Shown one piece after another: positions 1-9,413 of a DNA stretch of 64,000 nucleotides (position 1 is its first letter; the number at the start of each line of letters is the position of its first letter). Source of the stretch: a virus; the IMG/VR virus record IMGVR_UViG_3300029928_000010; one strand, 5' to 3'. The position numbers were made by a program, and so were the translations under genes. The notes beneath the pieces are model-generated. The model had not been told where the DNA came from and ran no database searches. It saw nothing but the letters and a program-made list of their open reading frames with translations.

Positions 1-1035
1 GTCTGTAATCATGATCGTCTTTGCAGCACCAGTCGCATCGTCGCCTTGAACGCTAATATCTTCTCCGTCTCCAGTGAGAGTGAGGATTGGGAAGGCAAAC
101 GCCTTGTTGTTCTCGCAGAGATAAGAGAAAGCCTCCTCGTAGTCCTCGATGTTCTTTTGAACCATAAACCAACAAGGTCCGTTCTCACATCGTGCATAAG
201 CGACAGGAACTTCCTGGAATCCGTGCTCCTTGCTCTCGACCAAGGTGTAGTCGTCGATTCCGAATATTTTTCCTATCTTCACGAGGATTTCCTGCATTTT
301 TCCGTTCTTCGCTCCCCTCTTGAAGCGATAGAACATCCTATCATCCCAAGCCTCGACCCATTCAGTTTTCTCGTTACCCTCGTCATCGTAGTCGTAATAC
401 TTGCGTGCGAAGCAGACCAAGTCGCCTGTCAACGAGTCAAACTGAGGATACAGAATATCTCCATTGTCGTATGAAAGCGTTCGTGTGCAAAACTCGTTCT
501 TCTCATTGAAGAATCCGACGATGGCGCATTCTGCGACCTTCAAGTATGCGCTCACTGCCTCGAAGAAGCGAATCTCCATGTCGTGCATGAGCCATCCCTT
601 CTTGAACCTGTTGAGCAGCTTTTGGTTGTCGTCAGCCTTATTCTCGTCATCATAGTCGTCTCCATCTGCAAGCTCGAACTGAACGTCGTTTCCTGTCAGG
701 TGCAGCAAATGCTTGGTGTGGATGAGTTGCTGAAAAGCGAAAGCCGTGCGCTGAATCTTCTGACAGTACCACTTGCCGTTATCTGGATTCTGTTTCCAGA
801 TGTCCGGGTATTCGGCTTCGTCCATTATCCTATGCGCCGACGGATAGAACTCGCGCAGAAAGTCCGCCTGCGTCTTGATGCGGCGATACATTGTGTCCTC
901 CGGCATATTGCCGTCATATTTGTCCGAAACGACATCGCTGACGGAAAAATGCTTCATATAGCCTTGCGAGGTCAGCTCGTAGAATGGCTTTCTTACGAGC
1001 AGCTCTCTTACATTGTTTACCTTGCTAACATCCAT
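1..1035 (-). CDS. Phage portal protein, first 345 codons; the 3' end runs off the window.
   Basis: Manual translation of the minus strand from the ATG at 1035-1033 gives MDVSKVNNVRELLVRKPFYELTSQGYMKHFSV... The frame has no in-frame stop down to position 1. The start overlaps the terL stop by 19 nt. The three plus-strand ORFs at 46-1089 have antisense-like composition. A position just downstream of terL fits a portal. The portal assignment itself rests only on position and size. Confidence 0.5.
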   Translation of the reverse strand, partial: MDVSKVNNVRELLVRKPFYELTSQGYMKHFSVSDVVSDKYDGNMPEDTMYRRIKTQADFLREFYPSAHRIMDEAEYPDIWKQNPDNGKWYCQKIQRTAFAFQQLIHTKHLLHLTGNDVQFELADGDDYDDENKADDNQKLLNRFKKGWLMHDMEIRFFEAVSAYLKVAECAIVGFFNEKNEFCTRTLSYDNGDILYPQFDSLTGDLVCFARKYYDYDDEGNEKTEWVEAWDDRMFYRFKRGAKNGKMQEILVKIGKIFGIDDYTLVESKEHGFQEVPVAYARCENGPCWFMVQKNIEDYEEAFSYLCENNKAFAFPILTLTGDGEDISVQGDDATGAAKTIMITD

Positions 1036-3314
1036 AATCCTTTTACCTTTTTATGTTTCTTTTTTGTTAAACTGAATATCATCACATAGAACCAAGACTC
1101 AAAGAAGTCAGGAGAGTGACCAACGTACTTCTTTGCGATTTTCTTAGGCAATAGCTTGAATCCCCTATCGTCGCTGTTCTCGTCTCGCCTAAGCATCTTT
1201 CGCTCCTTCTGAAGTATCTGTCTGAGCGGAACCTTGTCGAAGCCGTTGCCGGAGTACTTGCGCTCCAGGAGCTGATGGTCGATGGAAATCTTTTTCTCCT
1301 TAATCATCTTGTAGAACAGCCAAGCGCACTGCGACTTCAAGTCCTTATAGAGATACTTGATACCCTCTTCTTCCTGGTGGTTTGCAGGAATAGGAGCGGC
1401 TTGGTTGTTGAACGGAACTGCGTCCTTGAAGAATCCCTTGAAGTACTGTCCGATGCCCTGCATATCGTAGGTAAAGTTGGATTCCTCTACTCCCCACTCC
1501 CTCAGCTTGGCTTGAACAACTGAAACGAGTGTCTTAGGGTCGAGCCTCAATACCACCAAGTCCTTGCAGTGCCATCCCTCCCAGAGCCACATCACGAAGT
1601 TATCGCCTCCTGTGAAAGCAACGTCGGCGGATGCCCTACGCTTTCCGTCTCCTTCCTGTATGGAATTGTCGTATATCTCGTCGAGGTCTTCCATCTTGAT
1701 CATGTCGTCGCCGGCAGCCTTCCAGTTCCAGTTGGCCTCCAGGTCTCGCATACGCTGTTCCTCGTCCTGCTGTGCAAGATTGGCGATGTATGAGGCATCG
1801 GTGGAAATGAGCTTGATATTCTCGGAAACGTCCGCACGAATGAACGTGGCAGACTTGATGAACATATCTAGATTCGTGTATCCAAGCTCGGCGTAGCTGT
1901 CCTTCCATAGCGAGTCGATGATGCCCTTGCATTGCTCATAGACCTCCTCTCTCGTGTCGCCCCAGTAGATTGAGTCGGGCGTATCTCCGTCCATGAAGCA
2001 ATACCTTATCACGCCGTCTCGCTCTGGGATGATATAACCATCCTCGTTGACCCACCAGTCGATAAACTTGCGAACCCATGATTCTGGGTCTGGGTTACAA
2101 GTTATCCAGAAACGGTTTCTGATATGAGCTGCATTTCGGTTGTTGGTCAAGAGATACTTGAACTTCTTGTATGGGCATTGTGTACCCTCGTCGATGCAGA
2201 TGTAAGCATATTGACGACCTTGGAACCTGTCCTTGAAATCTGGTTGATAAGCACCAGCGTAATATGAAAACTTCAGCCATCCTCCATTGTTGAAGTTCCA
2301 AGTCATATCATTCTGAGACTTGTTGTATGTTCCGAACTGAGAGTATAGTTTGTATGAGTCTGTGATTAGAGACTGCAAGTCATCCTTCTCCTTTCGCACA
2401 ATGACCGCATGAAAGTCAGGATTTTTAATGTCTTTCAAGGCTTCCATGAGTGAGGAGAACGACTTGCTGTTGTGGGTAACAACGAAATCATCTATTACGA
2501 AAAGTGAGTCTGGGTTTTCAACGGCTATGCAGCAACAGTTTCTTTTTCCTATAGGCTTGCAGCTTACAATCCTACGATGTAAGTCCTTATGCCAATAGTT
2601 GAACTTAACTTGCCATTTTCCACTCAATGTTCTAGACATATAGCATACAGAGCCGAGACTATCAACAAGATACTTGAAGTCAATAGCTTTCTTTCTAGAC
2701 TTATATGTCTTTCTCCAAAAGTATCCGTCATATTTACCTTGTGTATTGATAATACTTTCGAGTTTGTTTTGTCTCTCTGAAACAGATGCAAAACCTAATT
2801 CCTCATCAAACTCTACAGGTTTAACACAAGGAACCATAATTTCGTAACCATCTTCAAGATAGCTACTAATCTCACAGGCGAGATGAGGTATATACCTATC
2901 GGTTCTGTCAATTCCGACATTCCATATATGGTCGTCAGAACAAATAACCTTTGCTCCATCAAAAAAGGTTACTTCATAACACTCTCTACCTGGATAGCAC
3001 GACAATCCAAGTACCTTGTGACCAACACCATCTGAGCCAACAACAATATCGCCGTATTCTAAGTCTTTGATTTTTGTGAATCCACTTGGCGTAAGCACTT
3101 TTGTGTTTTCTTCGAGCGGACCACCTCGCGAACCTCCAACTATCTTGATGTCAGCGTCTATTGATAGCATACGCTCCTGTCCGCCACGTTGAGCTATAAT
3201 CTTCAACTTGTCGGGGTGTTTCTTGTCCGCGTCTCTTAGCGACTGGATATACTCTTGAGTGTAAATTGGCTCTCCGTTATCCAGTTTTAATCCTGAAAAT
3301 ACATCTTTAACCAT
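1017..3314 (-). CDS. terL: Terminase large subunit, intein-containing precursor
   Basis: 765-aa ORF. The Walker A P-loop GGSRGG / SKS is interrupted by a Hint domain. The C-terminal half has terminase nuclease-like composition. It is adjacent to the portal gene and divergent from the head gene operon. Confidence 0.8.
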   Translation of the reverse strand: MVKDVFSGLKLDNGEPIYTQEYIQSLRDADKKHPDKLKIIAQRGGQERMLSIDADIKIVGGSRGGPLEENTKVLTPSGFTKIKDLEYGDIVVGSDGVGHKVLGLSCYPGRECYEVTFFDGAKVICSDDHIWNVGIDRTDRYIPHLACEISSYLEDGYEIMVPCVKPVEFDEELGFASVSERQNKLESIINTQGKYDGYFWRKTYKSRKKAIDFKYLVDSLGSVCYMSRTLSGKWQVKFNYWHKDLHRRIVSCKPIGKRNCCCIAVENPDSLFVIDDFVVTHNSKSFSSLMEALKDIKNPDFHAVIVRKEKDDLQSLITDSYKLYSQFGTYNKSQNDMTWNFNNGGWLKFSYYAGAYQPDFKDRFQGRQYAYICIDEGTQCPYKKFKYLLTNNRNAAHIRNRFWITCNPDPESWVRKFIDWWVNEDGYIIPERDGVIRYCFMDGDTPDSIYWGDTREEVYEQCKGIIDSLWKDSYAELGYTNLDMFIKSATFIRADVSENIKLISTDASYIANLAQQDEEQRMRDLEANWNWKAAGDDMIKMEDLDEIYDNSIQEGDGKRRASADVAFTGGDNFVMWLWEGWHCKDLVVLRLDPKTLVSVVQAKLREWGVEESNFTYDMQGIGQYFKGFFKDAVPFNNQAAPIPANHQEEEGIKYLYKDLKSQCAWLFYKMIKEKKISIDHQLLERKYSGNGFDKVPLRQILQKERKMLRRDENSDDRGFKLLPKKIAKKYVGHSPDFFESWFYVMIFSLTKKKHKKVKGLWMLAR
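2469..3119 (-). other. Intein (Hint domain, 217 aa) inserted in the TerL P-loop
   Basis: TerL residues 66-282. Block A is PLEENTKVLTPSGFTKIKDLEYGDIVVGSDG. Block B is CSDDHIW. Blocks F/G are NCCCIAVENPDSLFVIDDFVVTHN, followed by a +1 Ser. After excision the exteins rejoin as GGSRGG-SKSFSS. Confidence 0.6.
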
Positions 3315-3339
3315 AAATTTTGTATATTTTCTGCAAATT

Positions 3340-3400
3340 TATACATTTTTTCTTGGATAATTGCATAATTATGCGTATATTTGCGCTCAAATAAGTATAT
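3340..3400. promoter_or_regulatory. Divergent promoter region between terL (minus) and the head operon (plus)
   Basis: Bacteroides -7 motif TAnnTTTG on the plus strand (gtaTATTTGcg, about 3377). TAaaTTTG on the minus strand near 3330-3345. AT-rich 145-bp gap. Coordinates are approximate. Confidence 0.35.
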
Positions 3401-3458
3401 TTATACATTTTTATAGCGGAAGCACCGCATAAGGATAACAATTTTAATCAAAAACAAC

Positions 3459-4154
3459 ATGACAAGAGAAGAACTCTTAGATTTGGTGAACGGAAAGGTT
3501 GACACAACCAAGTTCAATTCACTCAGCCAGAAGACCATCAATGAGGAACTTGATGATGTTTTGGAAGATTTCGGTGACGACGATGACGCAAACGACAAAA
3601 TTGTCACCAAGTTGGCTAACCGCTTGAAGCGCATGGACGGAAACCTTCACAAAAATGTCTCATCCGAGATCAAGAAGGCGAAGGAGGAAGCCGAGCGCAA
3701 GAAGAAGGAAGAGGAAGATCGTAAGCGTGCAGAGCAACACAAGGACGGCGACGAAGATGATGACAAGTATCAAAAGCTGCTTGACAAAATCGAATCCCTC
3801 GAAAAAGCCAACGCAGAACGAGACAAGAAGGCGGCGAGGAACGCAACCATCGAGTCCGTAAAGGCAGGTTTGAAGGATAAGTTCGACAAGGCAAACCTTG
3901 AGGTAAAGAACTATTTCCTGAAAGCAGCCCTCTCCAAACTGGAGATTCCAGACGAAGATGTTGACATCGACGACTTGGTATCGAAGGCGGAGAAAATCTA
4001 CACCGCCGAGTACAAGGAGGCCACAGGCGAGAAGGGCATCCCAAAGAAGGGACAGCCAAGCACAGGTGGCGGTAGCTCGGAAGAGGACAAGATTCTCGAC
4101 GAGATTGCGAAGCGTCGCAAGGAAAGGTACGGCGACGGCGGTGCGAAGAAATAA
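3459..4154 (+). CDS. Putative head scaffolding protein
   Basis: 231 aa, highly charged (E/K/D-rich), predicted coiled coil. First gene of the head operon, immediately upstream of the capsid genes. Confidence 0.45.
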   Translation: MTREELLDLVNGKVDTTKFNSLSQKTINEELDDVLEDFGDDDDANDKIVTKLANRLKRMDGNLHKNVSSEIKKAKEEAERKKKEEEDRKRAEQHKDGDEDDDKYQKLLDKIESLEKANAERDKKAARNATIESVKAGLKDKFDKANLEVKNYFLKAALSKLEIPDEDVDIDDLVSKAEKIYTAEYKEATGEKGIPKKGQPSTGGGSSEEDKILDEIAKRRKERYGDGGAKK

Positions 4155-4184
4155 GGATAACATTATTAAAAAGGTAAAAAGATT

Positions 4185-4961
4185 ATGATGGATAACACTT
4201 CTATTTCCTACCTGAGCCAGTTGGCGACCACTGGTATGGTCAGCCATAGCGCGACCATCATCCAGTCGGAGGGTTCTGTTGGTGGTACCAGGTATGTGTT
4301 CGAGCAGCTTGAGGCTCTCATCAAGAACGCTTTTGTTCACCCACCTATCGGTGGTAAGCTCGTTAATCCATTCAAGGGCCCTGCTAAGATTTACGCAGGC
4401 GACTTGATCGAGCACGACCTCGGTTTCTCAGCAGGTGACGATGGCCCTGGCGCAACCATTAAGATTTTGAAGGCTTACGCAGTTGCAAAGGCCGCTACAA
4501 ACACAGACACCACGATCTACATCGTTCGCAACGGTTTTGTTCATGTTCCGTTTGTCGGAGACAACATCATGGTTGGCCAGAAAACTTTCGCAACCAAATC
4601 TGTTGGTGTTACAGTAACCGCTGTTGAGGCTACAACCGACGCAACTGCTGGAGACGTATGGAAGCTCACATTATCAAAGACCCTCGGTGTCGCTTTGAAG
4701 GTTGACGATGTTCTCGTCGAGGCAGCATCAGCAGGCGATGGCGTTCTTCCTATGGTGACGAACCCTAACTGCTTTGCTCCTTGCGACAACGACCTTCCGT
4801 TCTATGACGCAGGCGGTGATAAGTATCACAAGCCACGCACGAACATCAACTTCTGCATGTTGAACCCGGACTGCGTGATGTGGCTCAACCGCATGGGCCC
4901 TGTGCCTCCTGCTGTAAAGGCAATGAACAAGTCTTTGTATCCGGAGTTCTGGCACATCTAA
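4185..4961 (+). CDS. Putative head protein (decoration or minor capsid)
   Basis: 258-aa ORF between the scaffold and capsid genes. A/T/V-rich, consistent with beta-strand-rich composition. Confidence 0.3.
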   Translation: MMDNTSISYLSQLATTGMVSHSATIIQSEGSVGGTRYVFEQLEALIKNAFVHPPIGGKLVNPFKGPAKIYAGDLIEHDLGFSAGDDGPGATIKILKAYAVAKAATNTDTTIYIVRNGFVHVPFVGDNIMVGQKTFATKSVGVTVTAVEATTDATAGDVWKLTLSKTLGVALKVDDVLVEAASAGDGVLPMVTNPNCFAPCDNDLPFYDAGGDKYHKPRTNINFCMLNPDCVMWLNRMGPVPPAVKAMNKSLYPEFWHI

Positions 4962-4996
4962 CCTATTGTCTAACGTAAAAAGATTGATTCAGGATT

Positions 4997-6187
4997 ATGG
5001 CAAAAATTGATTTTGGTACCGAGTTGCTTGCGAAGTTCTTCTCCGGCAGAGGCAACAACGAGTTCCTCCAGAAGTTCATCAACAGGGACGGAGTTCTTCG
5101 TTGCAACAACGGTTGGTACTTGACACAGGGTAACATTGATCCAAATCTCACCCCTATATCTGCGAACGGTGACGCGACCTTCAAGGTACGCTTGCGTACT
5201 TTGAGTCCTGCGACATTGATGAACCTCCGTGCTCCTCTTGGTGAGGGCTACCAGAAGGACAACGAGGGTATCGAGTGGTACACCGCTTCCATCCCAGACT
5301 TCGCAGCTGACGGATTCCGTGAGACTGCGGTAGAGCGTTTCCATAAGATGGAGCACCTTCGTGAGGTGTTCGGTAGCGACGCTGAGGCTGTCGATAACTA
5401 TCTCGACAAGATCCAGAACCTCTACGACTCACTCGACATGACCATGACTTATATGTCTGCGCAGCTCAGTTCTACTGGCTTTATCGACTATGACAAGATT
5501 GGCCGTGGTATCCACGAGGCGTTGTATGACGCAAAGGTTCCAAAGGAGAACTTCAAGAAGGGCGGTGCTCTTGAATGGAGCAACGCTAAGTGCGACCTGT
5601 TGGAGCAGATGCGTAAGTTCGAGGAGAATTGGCGCAATGAGCACATCGAGTTCAAGGACATCCCTCTCGTATGGCAGATGACCAAGGATGACTACTTCAA
5701 TGTATTCTTGAAGAACAAGCAGATTGCCGAGTTGTATCAGAGCTGGGCGAAGGCGAACTACATCGCATTCTTGCAGAACTATGGTCCTAACCAGCAGATG
5801 TTCTTGCAGTCTGTGACAGACCTCCGTGGCTTGTCAAGCATCGAGATTGTTGACGAGGTTGAGCACAACATGAAGTTCGGCGGCAGTGTCGAGGCTTTGC
5901 GTGGCTGGAAGAATGGTACAGTCGTTCTCCGTCCTGCCGGCAAGTGCTTGCGTTTCATGCGTAAGGAGATTCTTGACAAGCGTATCTTTGAGACTCTCGG
6001 CAACAAGTTAGTTGATGTATCTTGGGCTACTACAAACAATGGTCTCGGCTTGCTCCGCAACATGACAACCGCAAACGGATTGTACCAGGAGTTCAAGACA
6101 GACTTATTCCTCGCTTCCATTCCTGCCATGCTCGATTCTCCATACCGTTGGATTATCGACATCACCAAGAAGGACGGCGACGAATAA
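4997..6187 (+). CDS. Putative major capsid protein
   Basis: 396 aa. Position after the scaffold gene and size are typical of an HK97-fold or E-like major capsid protein. Confidence 0.45.
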   Translation: MAKIDFGTELLAKFFSGRGNNEFLQKFINRDGVLRCNNGWYLTQGNIDPNLTPISANGDATFKVRLRTLSPATLMNLRAPLGEGYQKDNEGIEWYTASIPDFAADGFRETAVERFHKMEHLREVFGSDAEAVDNYLDKIQNLYDSLDMTMTYMSAQLSSTGFIDYDKIGRGIHEALYDAKVPKENFKKGGALEWSNAKCDLLEQMRKFEENWRNEHIEFKDIPLVWQMTKDDYFNVFLKNKQIAELYQSWAKANYIAFLQNYGPNQQMFLQSVTDLRGLSSIEIVDEVEHNMKFGGSVEALRGWKNGTVVLRPAGKCLRFMRKEILDKRIFETLGNKLVDVSWATTNNGLGLLRNMTTANGLYQEFKTDLFLASIPAMLDSPYRWIIDITKKDGDE

Positions 6188-6211
6188 TAGTGAAAAACGT
6201 AACTTGATTGT

Positions 6212-6649
6212 ATGACTATGGATTCAGAGATGGGAATTTACACTGTGAACGACTACCTTATTAATAAGGTGAAGTTCGAGATGCCGAGGGAGGCACTGAA
6301 AGCCATCATGGTGGACAGGGAGCTTGAGGACGGCATCGACCTCGCATCGTGCGACAAGGATAAGGTGCGCCTGGCGTACGCCGACATGCTGAAATGGTTC
6401 GTGCTCGGTGCGAGCAAGGTGAACAACACCTCTGACTCCGACAACGGCTGGACTCATTCGGGAGGCGGCTACGACATGAGCGACGAGGACAGGAGCGAGC
6501 TGAAGGCAGAGGCCAACGCCATCTACAAGGAGCTCGAACCAAGCTCGATGCTAAAGAAGAAGTCCACCTTCCGGATTGTCTCCCACGGAGTGAAGCGAGC
6601 TAACTTCACCCCATGGGGACAGCCATTGCCACATATCATCGGAGGATAG
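6212..6649 (+). CDS. Hypothetical head-tail joining protein
   Basis: 145-aa ORF in the neck-gene position. Confidence 0.3.
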   Translation: MTMDSEMGIYTVNDYLINKVKFEMPREALKAIMVDRELEDGIDLASCDKDKVRLAYADMLKWFVLGASKVNNTSDSDNGWTHSGGGYDMSDEDRSELKAEANAIYKELEPSSMLKKKSTFRIVSHGVKRANFTPWGQPLPHIIGG

Positions 6650-6652
6650 GAC

Positions 6653-7033
6653 ATGGAAAAGCCTTACATTAACAACCCACGCTACCCTCACACCGTAAGG
6701 ATTGTGAGGAAGGTGACGGGAAAGTCTGACGAGGACGATCCGTTTGCTGACGATGACGATGTGCCAGTTGGCGAGGACAAGGAGATTGTAATCTATGCGG
6801 GTATTGGTCGCTGCTACACCGACACCACCACCGAGGGAGACAAGAAGGTTGACGAGAACAAGAGGAAGGCATCAATTCCTGTCAGATATGACGAATGGGA
6901 TGCCGGAAGATGTCCTCTTGACGGAGATACCATCTACTCCACCGTCGGCAACAATACCGAAATCGGAATGGTGAAGGACTGCGAGCCAGACAACAACAGG
7001 ACATTGGTTTACTGGGATTTCACAAGGGTATAG
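6653..7033 (+). CDS. Hypothetical neck/head-completion protein
   Basis: 126-aa ORF, 4-nt gap from the upstream gene. Confidence 0.3.
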   Translation: MEKPYINNPRYPHTVRIVRKVTGKSDEDDPFADDDDVPVGEDKEIVIYAGIGRCYTDTTTEGDKKVDENKRKASIPVRYDEWDAGRCPLDGDTIYSTVGNNTEIGMVKDCEPDNNRTLVYWDFTRV

Positions 7034-7036
7034 CGT

Positions 7037-7642
7037 ATGGCAAGAAGAGAAACTTTAGGTTTGCAGTTTAGAGACGTGATAGGTCCGAAAATACATCTAT
7101 ACACAAGGGCTAAACTCCTTGAAGTTTTCAGGTCTGTCGCAAAGGAGTTATGTGACTCGTTTATTAGCGTGGCCACAAATGTAGGGATGTCGTTTATCAC
7201 AGGTAACGCTTATAGGTCGTTTACTGTCGGTATATTTGAAAACGGAAAGCTGTTGGAGTATATCACGACAGAAGACGACAACCCGACAATGAAAACACTT
7301 CGCAAGGGACAGGCTTACCCTCTATCCCATTACTACGACGGAACACCAGTTGGCGTTGGCGCTTATCCGAGATACGTCGGAGAAGTAGGAAGCGGAGGAC
7401 AATGGGGTCCTACTCTTGGTCCTTACAGAATCAAGAAGATGAGACCAAACAGCAGAGCCGAGTGGAACATGTTGGTCATTATTCCTGTTGAGTATGCGCC
7501 GTATTTGCATTTGAACCATATTCATGGTGTTATGACGCAGCTACAAGATCTTCTTCCAGGCATGTTCTTTGGAACTATAGCTAAGGTGAAGACCGAAGCG
7601 ACCGACGTTAAGAACATCTCGAAGTTTAAGAAATATACATAA
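7037..7642 (+). CDS. Hypothetical neck/tail-completion protein
   Basis: 201-aa ORF, tightly packed in the head-tail module. Confidence 0.3.
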   Translation: MARRETLGLQFRDVIGPKIHLYTRAKLLEVFRSVAKELCDSFISVATNVGMSFITGNAYRSFTVGIFENGKLLEYITTEDDNPTMKTLRKGQAYPLSHYYDGTPVGVGAYPRYVGEVGSGGQWGPTLGPYRIKKMRPNSRAEWNMLVIIPVEYAPYLHLNHIHGVMTQLQDLLPGMFFGTIAKVKTEATDVKNISKFKKYT

Positions 7643-7646
7643 TGGT

Positions 7647-8054
7647 ATGGTAGATTTAAAAAGCATATATTATGATTTGGGAAACGCAGTCAAGGGGGTG
7701 TGCGACAAAATATATCCTCGAAACAGGCCAAAGTCTGTAGAAGACAGACCTAATAGTTATATCGTCGTAAAACTACCATCTGTAATTATCAACAACGAGA
7801 TAAACTCCGACGGCAGCTACAACGACTACACGACCACGGCACAGATAGAGATATACGTTCGGGATAAAGTCTCGGCAAAGAATCCGAACACGTTCGATGT
7901 CGCTGCCGTGGACGAGAAGGTCAGAGCTGTGCTCGAAAAGTTCCCTATCTCCACGGACAACATCTTGGTGTCGAACCCTCGTGTTACGCTGCAAACCGAC
8001 GATGGCGATGGATTCTCCGTTACGATCATACAAGGAAGGTTACGTACAAAGTGA
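7647..8054 (+). CDS. Hypothetical tail-completion protein
   Basis: 135-aa ORF directly upstream of the major tail protein gene. Confidence 0.3.
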   Translation: MVDLKSIYYDLGNAVKGVCDKIYPRNRPKSVEDRPNSYIVVKLPSVIINNEINSDGSYNDYTTTAQIEIYVRDKVSAKNPNTFDVAAVDEKVRAVLEKFPISTDNILVSNPRVTLQTDDGDGFSVTIIQGRLRTK

Positions 8055-8096
8055 TAATTAATTCATTCAGGACAACAATTTTAAAATTTTAAGATT

Positions 8097-8855
8097 ATGG
8101 TTACTATTGACAAATTGAAGGAAGTGTTCTGTGGTCCTAAGTCTTTGCTCTTCTCAAAGGCGTTGGTTGACCTTGCGCAGAGCAATCTTGCGCTTACCGT
8201 TGACATGGAGCTTCCTGTTGAGGTTGACTCCCTGAAGGCTACGATGGAAGACCCAACCATCAACCACTACAAGGTCATCGGTCTCTCTGGCGACTGGGCA
8301 ACCACCGCAGAGCTGGGCGACTTCAACGTCGAGTTCGTTGTTCCATCAAAGGCGAAGGACTTGCTGGAGGCTATGTTCGGCGAGGACGCTGTGAAGGATT
8401 TGACAGCTACTTTGTCCGGAACTGGCGACAGCCAGCTTGACACCCAGTACACAGGCGTTGCGGTAGAGACTAAGCTCTACAAGATGCGTGGCACCATCGT
8501 CATCGTTGACGAGGAGAAGAAGAACCTCATGGTTGTCACCAACCTCTCCCTGTATGCAACAATGCAGTGGGATGATACTGGCACAAAACCAGTTGCCTTC
8601 AAGTTCTCAGGTTCTGTCGAGGGTGCAGGCAAAAAGAGTGTCGCTTGGCTCACCAAGGGCGACGGCGTTTACAAGTTGTCATACAAGACAGATGCCGCTA
8701 CTACTCGTAAGCAGGTGCCTGCCGAGAAGCGTAAACTCGGTCTCGTAATTTCTTATACTCCAACAAGCGGCGGTGCTGTTAAGGAGCAGTACCAGGACTC
8801 TCGTACCGACGACACCGAGTGGGTTAAGGACGACAACTGGGTATCAGTTAAGTAA
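8097..8855 (+). CDS. Major tail protein
   Basis: 252 aa, followed by a strong terminator and then the chaperone and tape-measure genes. This is the canonical siphovirus order. Confidence 0.55.
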   Translation: MVTIDKLKEVFCGPKSLLFSKALVDLAQSNLALTVDMELPVEVDSLKATMEDPTINHYKVIGLSGDWATTAELGDFNVEFVVPSKAKDLLEAMFGEDAVKDLTATLSGTGDSQLDTQYTGVAVETKLYKMRGTIVIVDEEKKNLMVVTNLSLYATMQWDDTGTKPVAFKFSGSVEGAGKKSVAWLTKGDGVYKLSYKTDAATTRKQVPAEKRKLGLVISYTPTSGGAVKEQYQDSRTDDTEWVKDDNWVSVK

Positions 8856-8900
8856 ATCGACTTCTTTAGGTAAAAGGATTCAGGATAACAAACCGTTGGG

Positions 8901-8945
8901 CGGCAGGCTAAGTAACAGCCGTGCCGCCCTTCTTTATTTATAATC
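8901..8945 (+). terminator. Rho-independent terminator after the major tail protein gene
   Basis: Stem gggcggca...tgccgccc followed by ttctttattta. Confidence 0.55.
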
Positions 8946-8954
8946 ATACAATTT

Positions 8955-9413
8955 ATGGCAGAGGAAAAGAAAATAGAGCAGCCGCAGGTGGACTTGCAGG
9001 AGATGCTTGACAGCGTTCTGAGGGACGAGCCTACCGAGTTCGTGTTCATGGGAAAGAAGCACAAGCTCGGCTGGCTTCGCAAGGGAACTATGACAAAGTG
9101 CTCGCACATACAGCTAAAGGAGAAGAATGAGTGGAAGCGCAACGTGAAGATGTGCGTGTGCATCCTGCTCAACAATATCTGGAAGATTCGCTTCTTTTAC
9201 GCAATCTACTGGAGGTGGCTCTATTACGTCAAGGACATCGACGTAACGGAGGTGCTTCGTGTGCTCGATGTTTCTAAAAAAAAAATTCCATCGACCGCAT
9301 TCTCATTGGCTACCATATTAGCGACAGGGATGACGGACGTGATGATGACGATGACGAGGAGCGAAGTAAAAGCTACCCAAGCAGGACAAGCTGGGGAGCA
9401 GCCTTCTCGTTAG
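8955..9413 (+). CDS. Tail assembly chaperone (G-like, zero-frame product)
   Basis: 152-aa ORF directly upstream of the tape measure gene. It contains the slippery A10 run at 9276-9285. Confidence 0.6.
   Translation: MAEEKKIEQPQVDLQEMLDSVLRDEPTEFVFMGKKHKLGWLRKGTMTKCSHIQLKEKNEWKRNVKMCVCILLNNIWKIRFFYAIYWRWLYYVKDIDVTEVLRVLDVSKKKIPSTAFSLATILATGMTDVMMTMTRSEVKATQAGQAGEQPSR

Noticed and set aside
46-1089. Three plus-strand ORFs (46-474, 464-655, 583-1089)
   Set aside because: Antisense to the continuous minus-strand portal reading frame (no stops from 1035 to 1). Their composition (L/V/S-rich, low complexity) is typical of antisense artefacts.
3315-3458. Search for a small terminase gene adjacent to terL
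   Set aside because: The gap is only 145 bp and holds promoter-like motifs. No ORF of adequate size on either strand.
3660-4415. 251-aa minus-strand ORF and 129-aa minus ORF overlapping the scaffold gene
   Set aside because: Antisense of the highly charged scaffold gene. They read as hydrophobic L/F-rich shadow ORFs.
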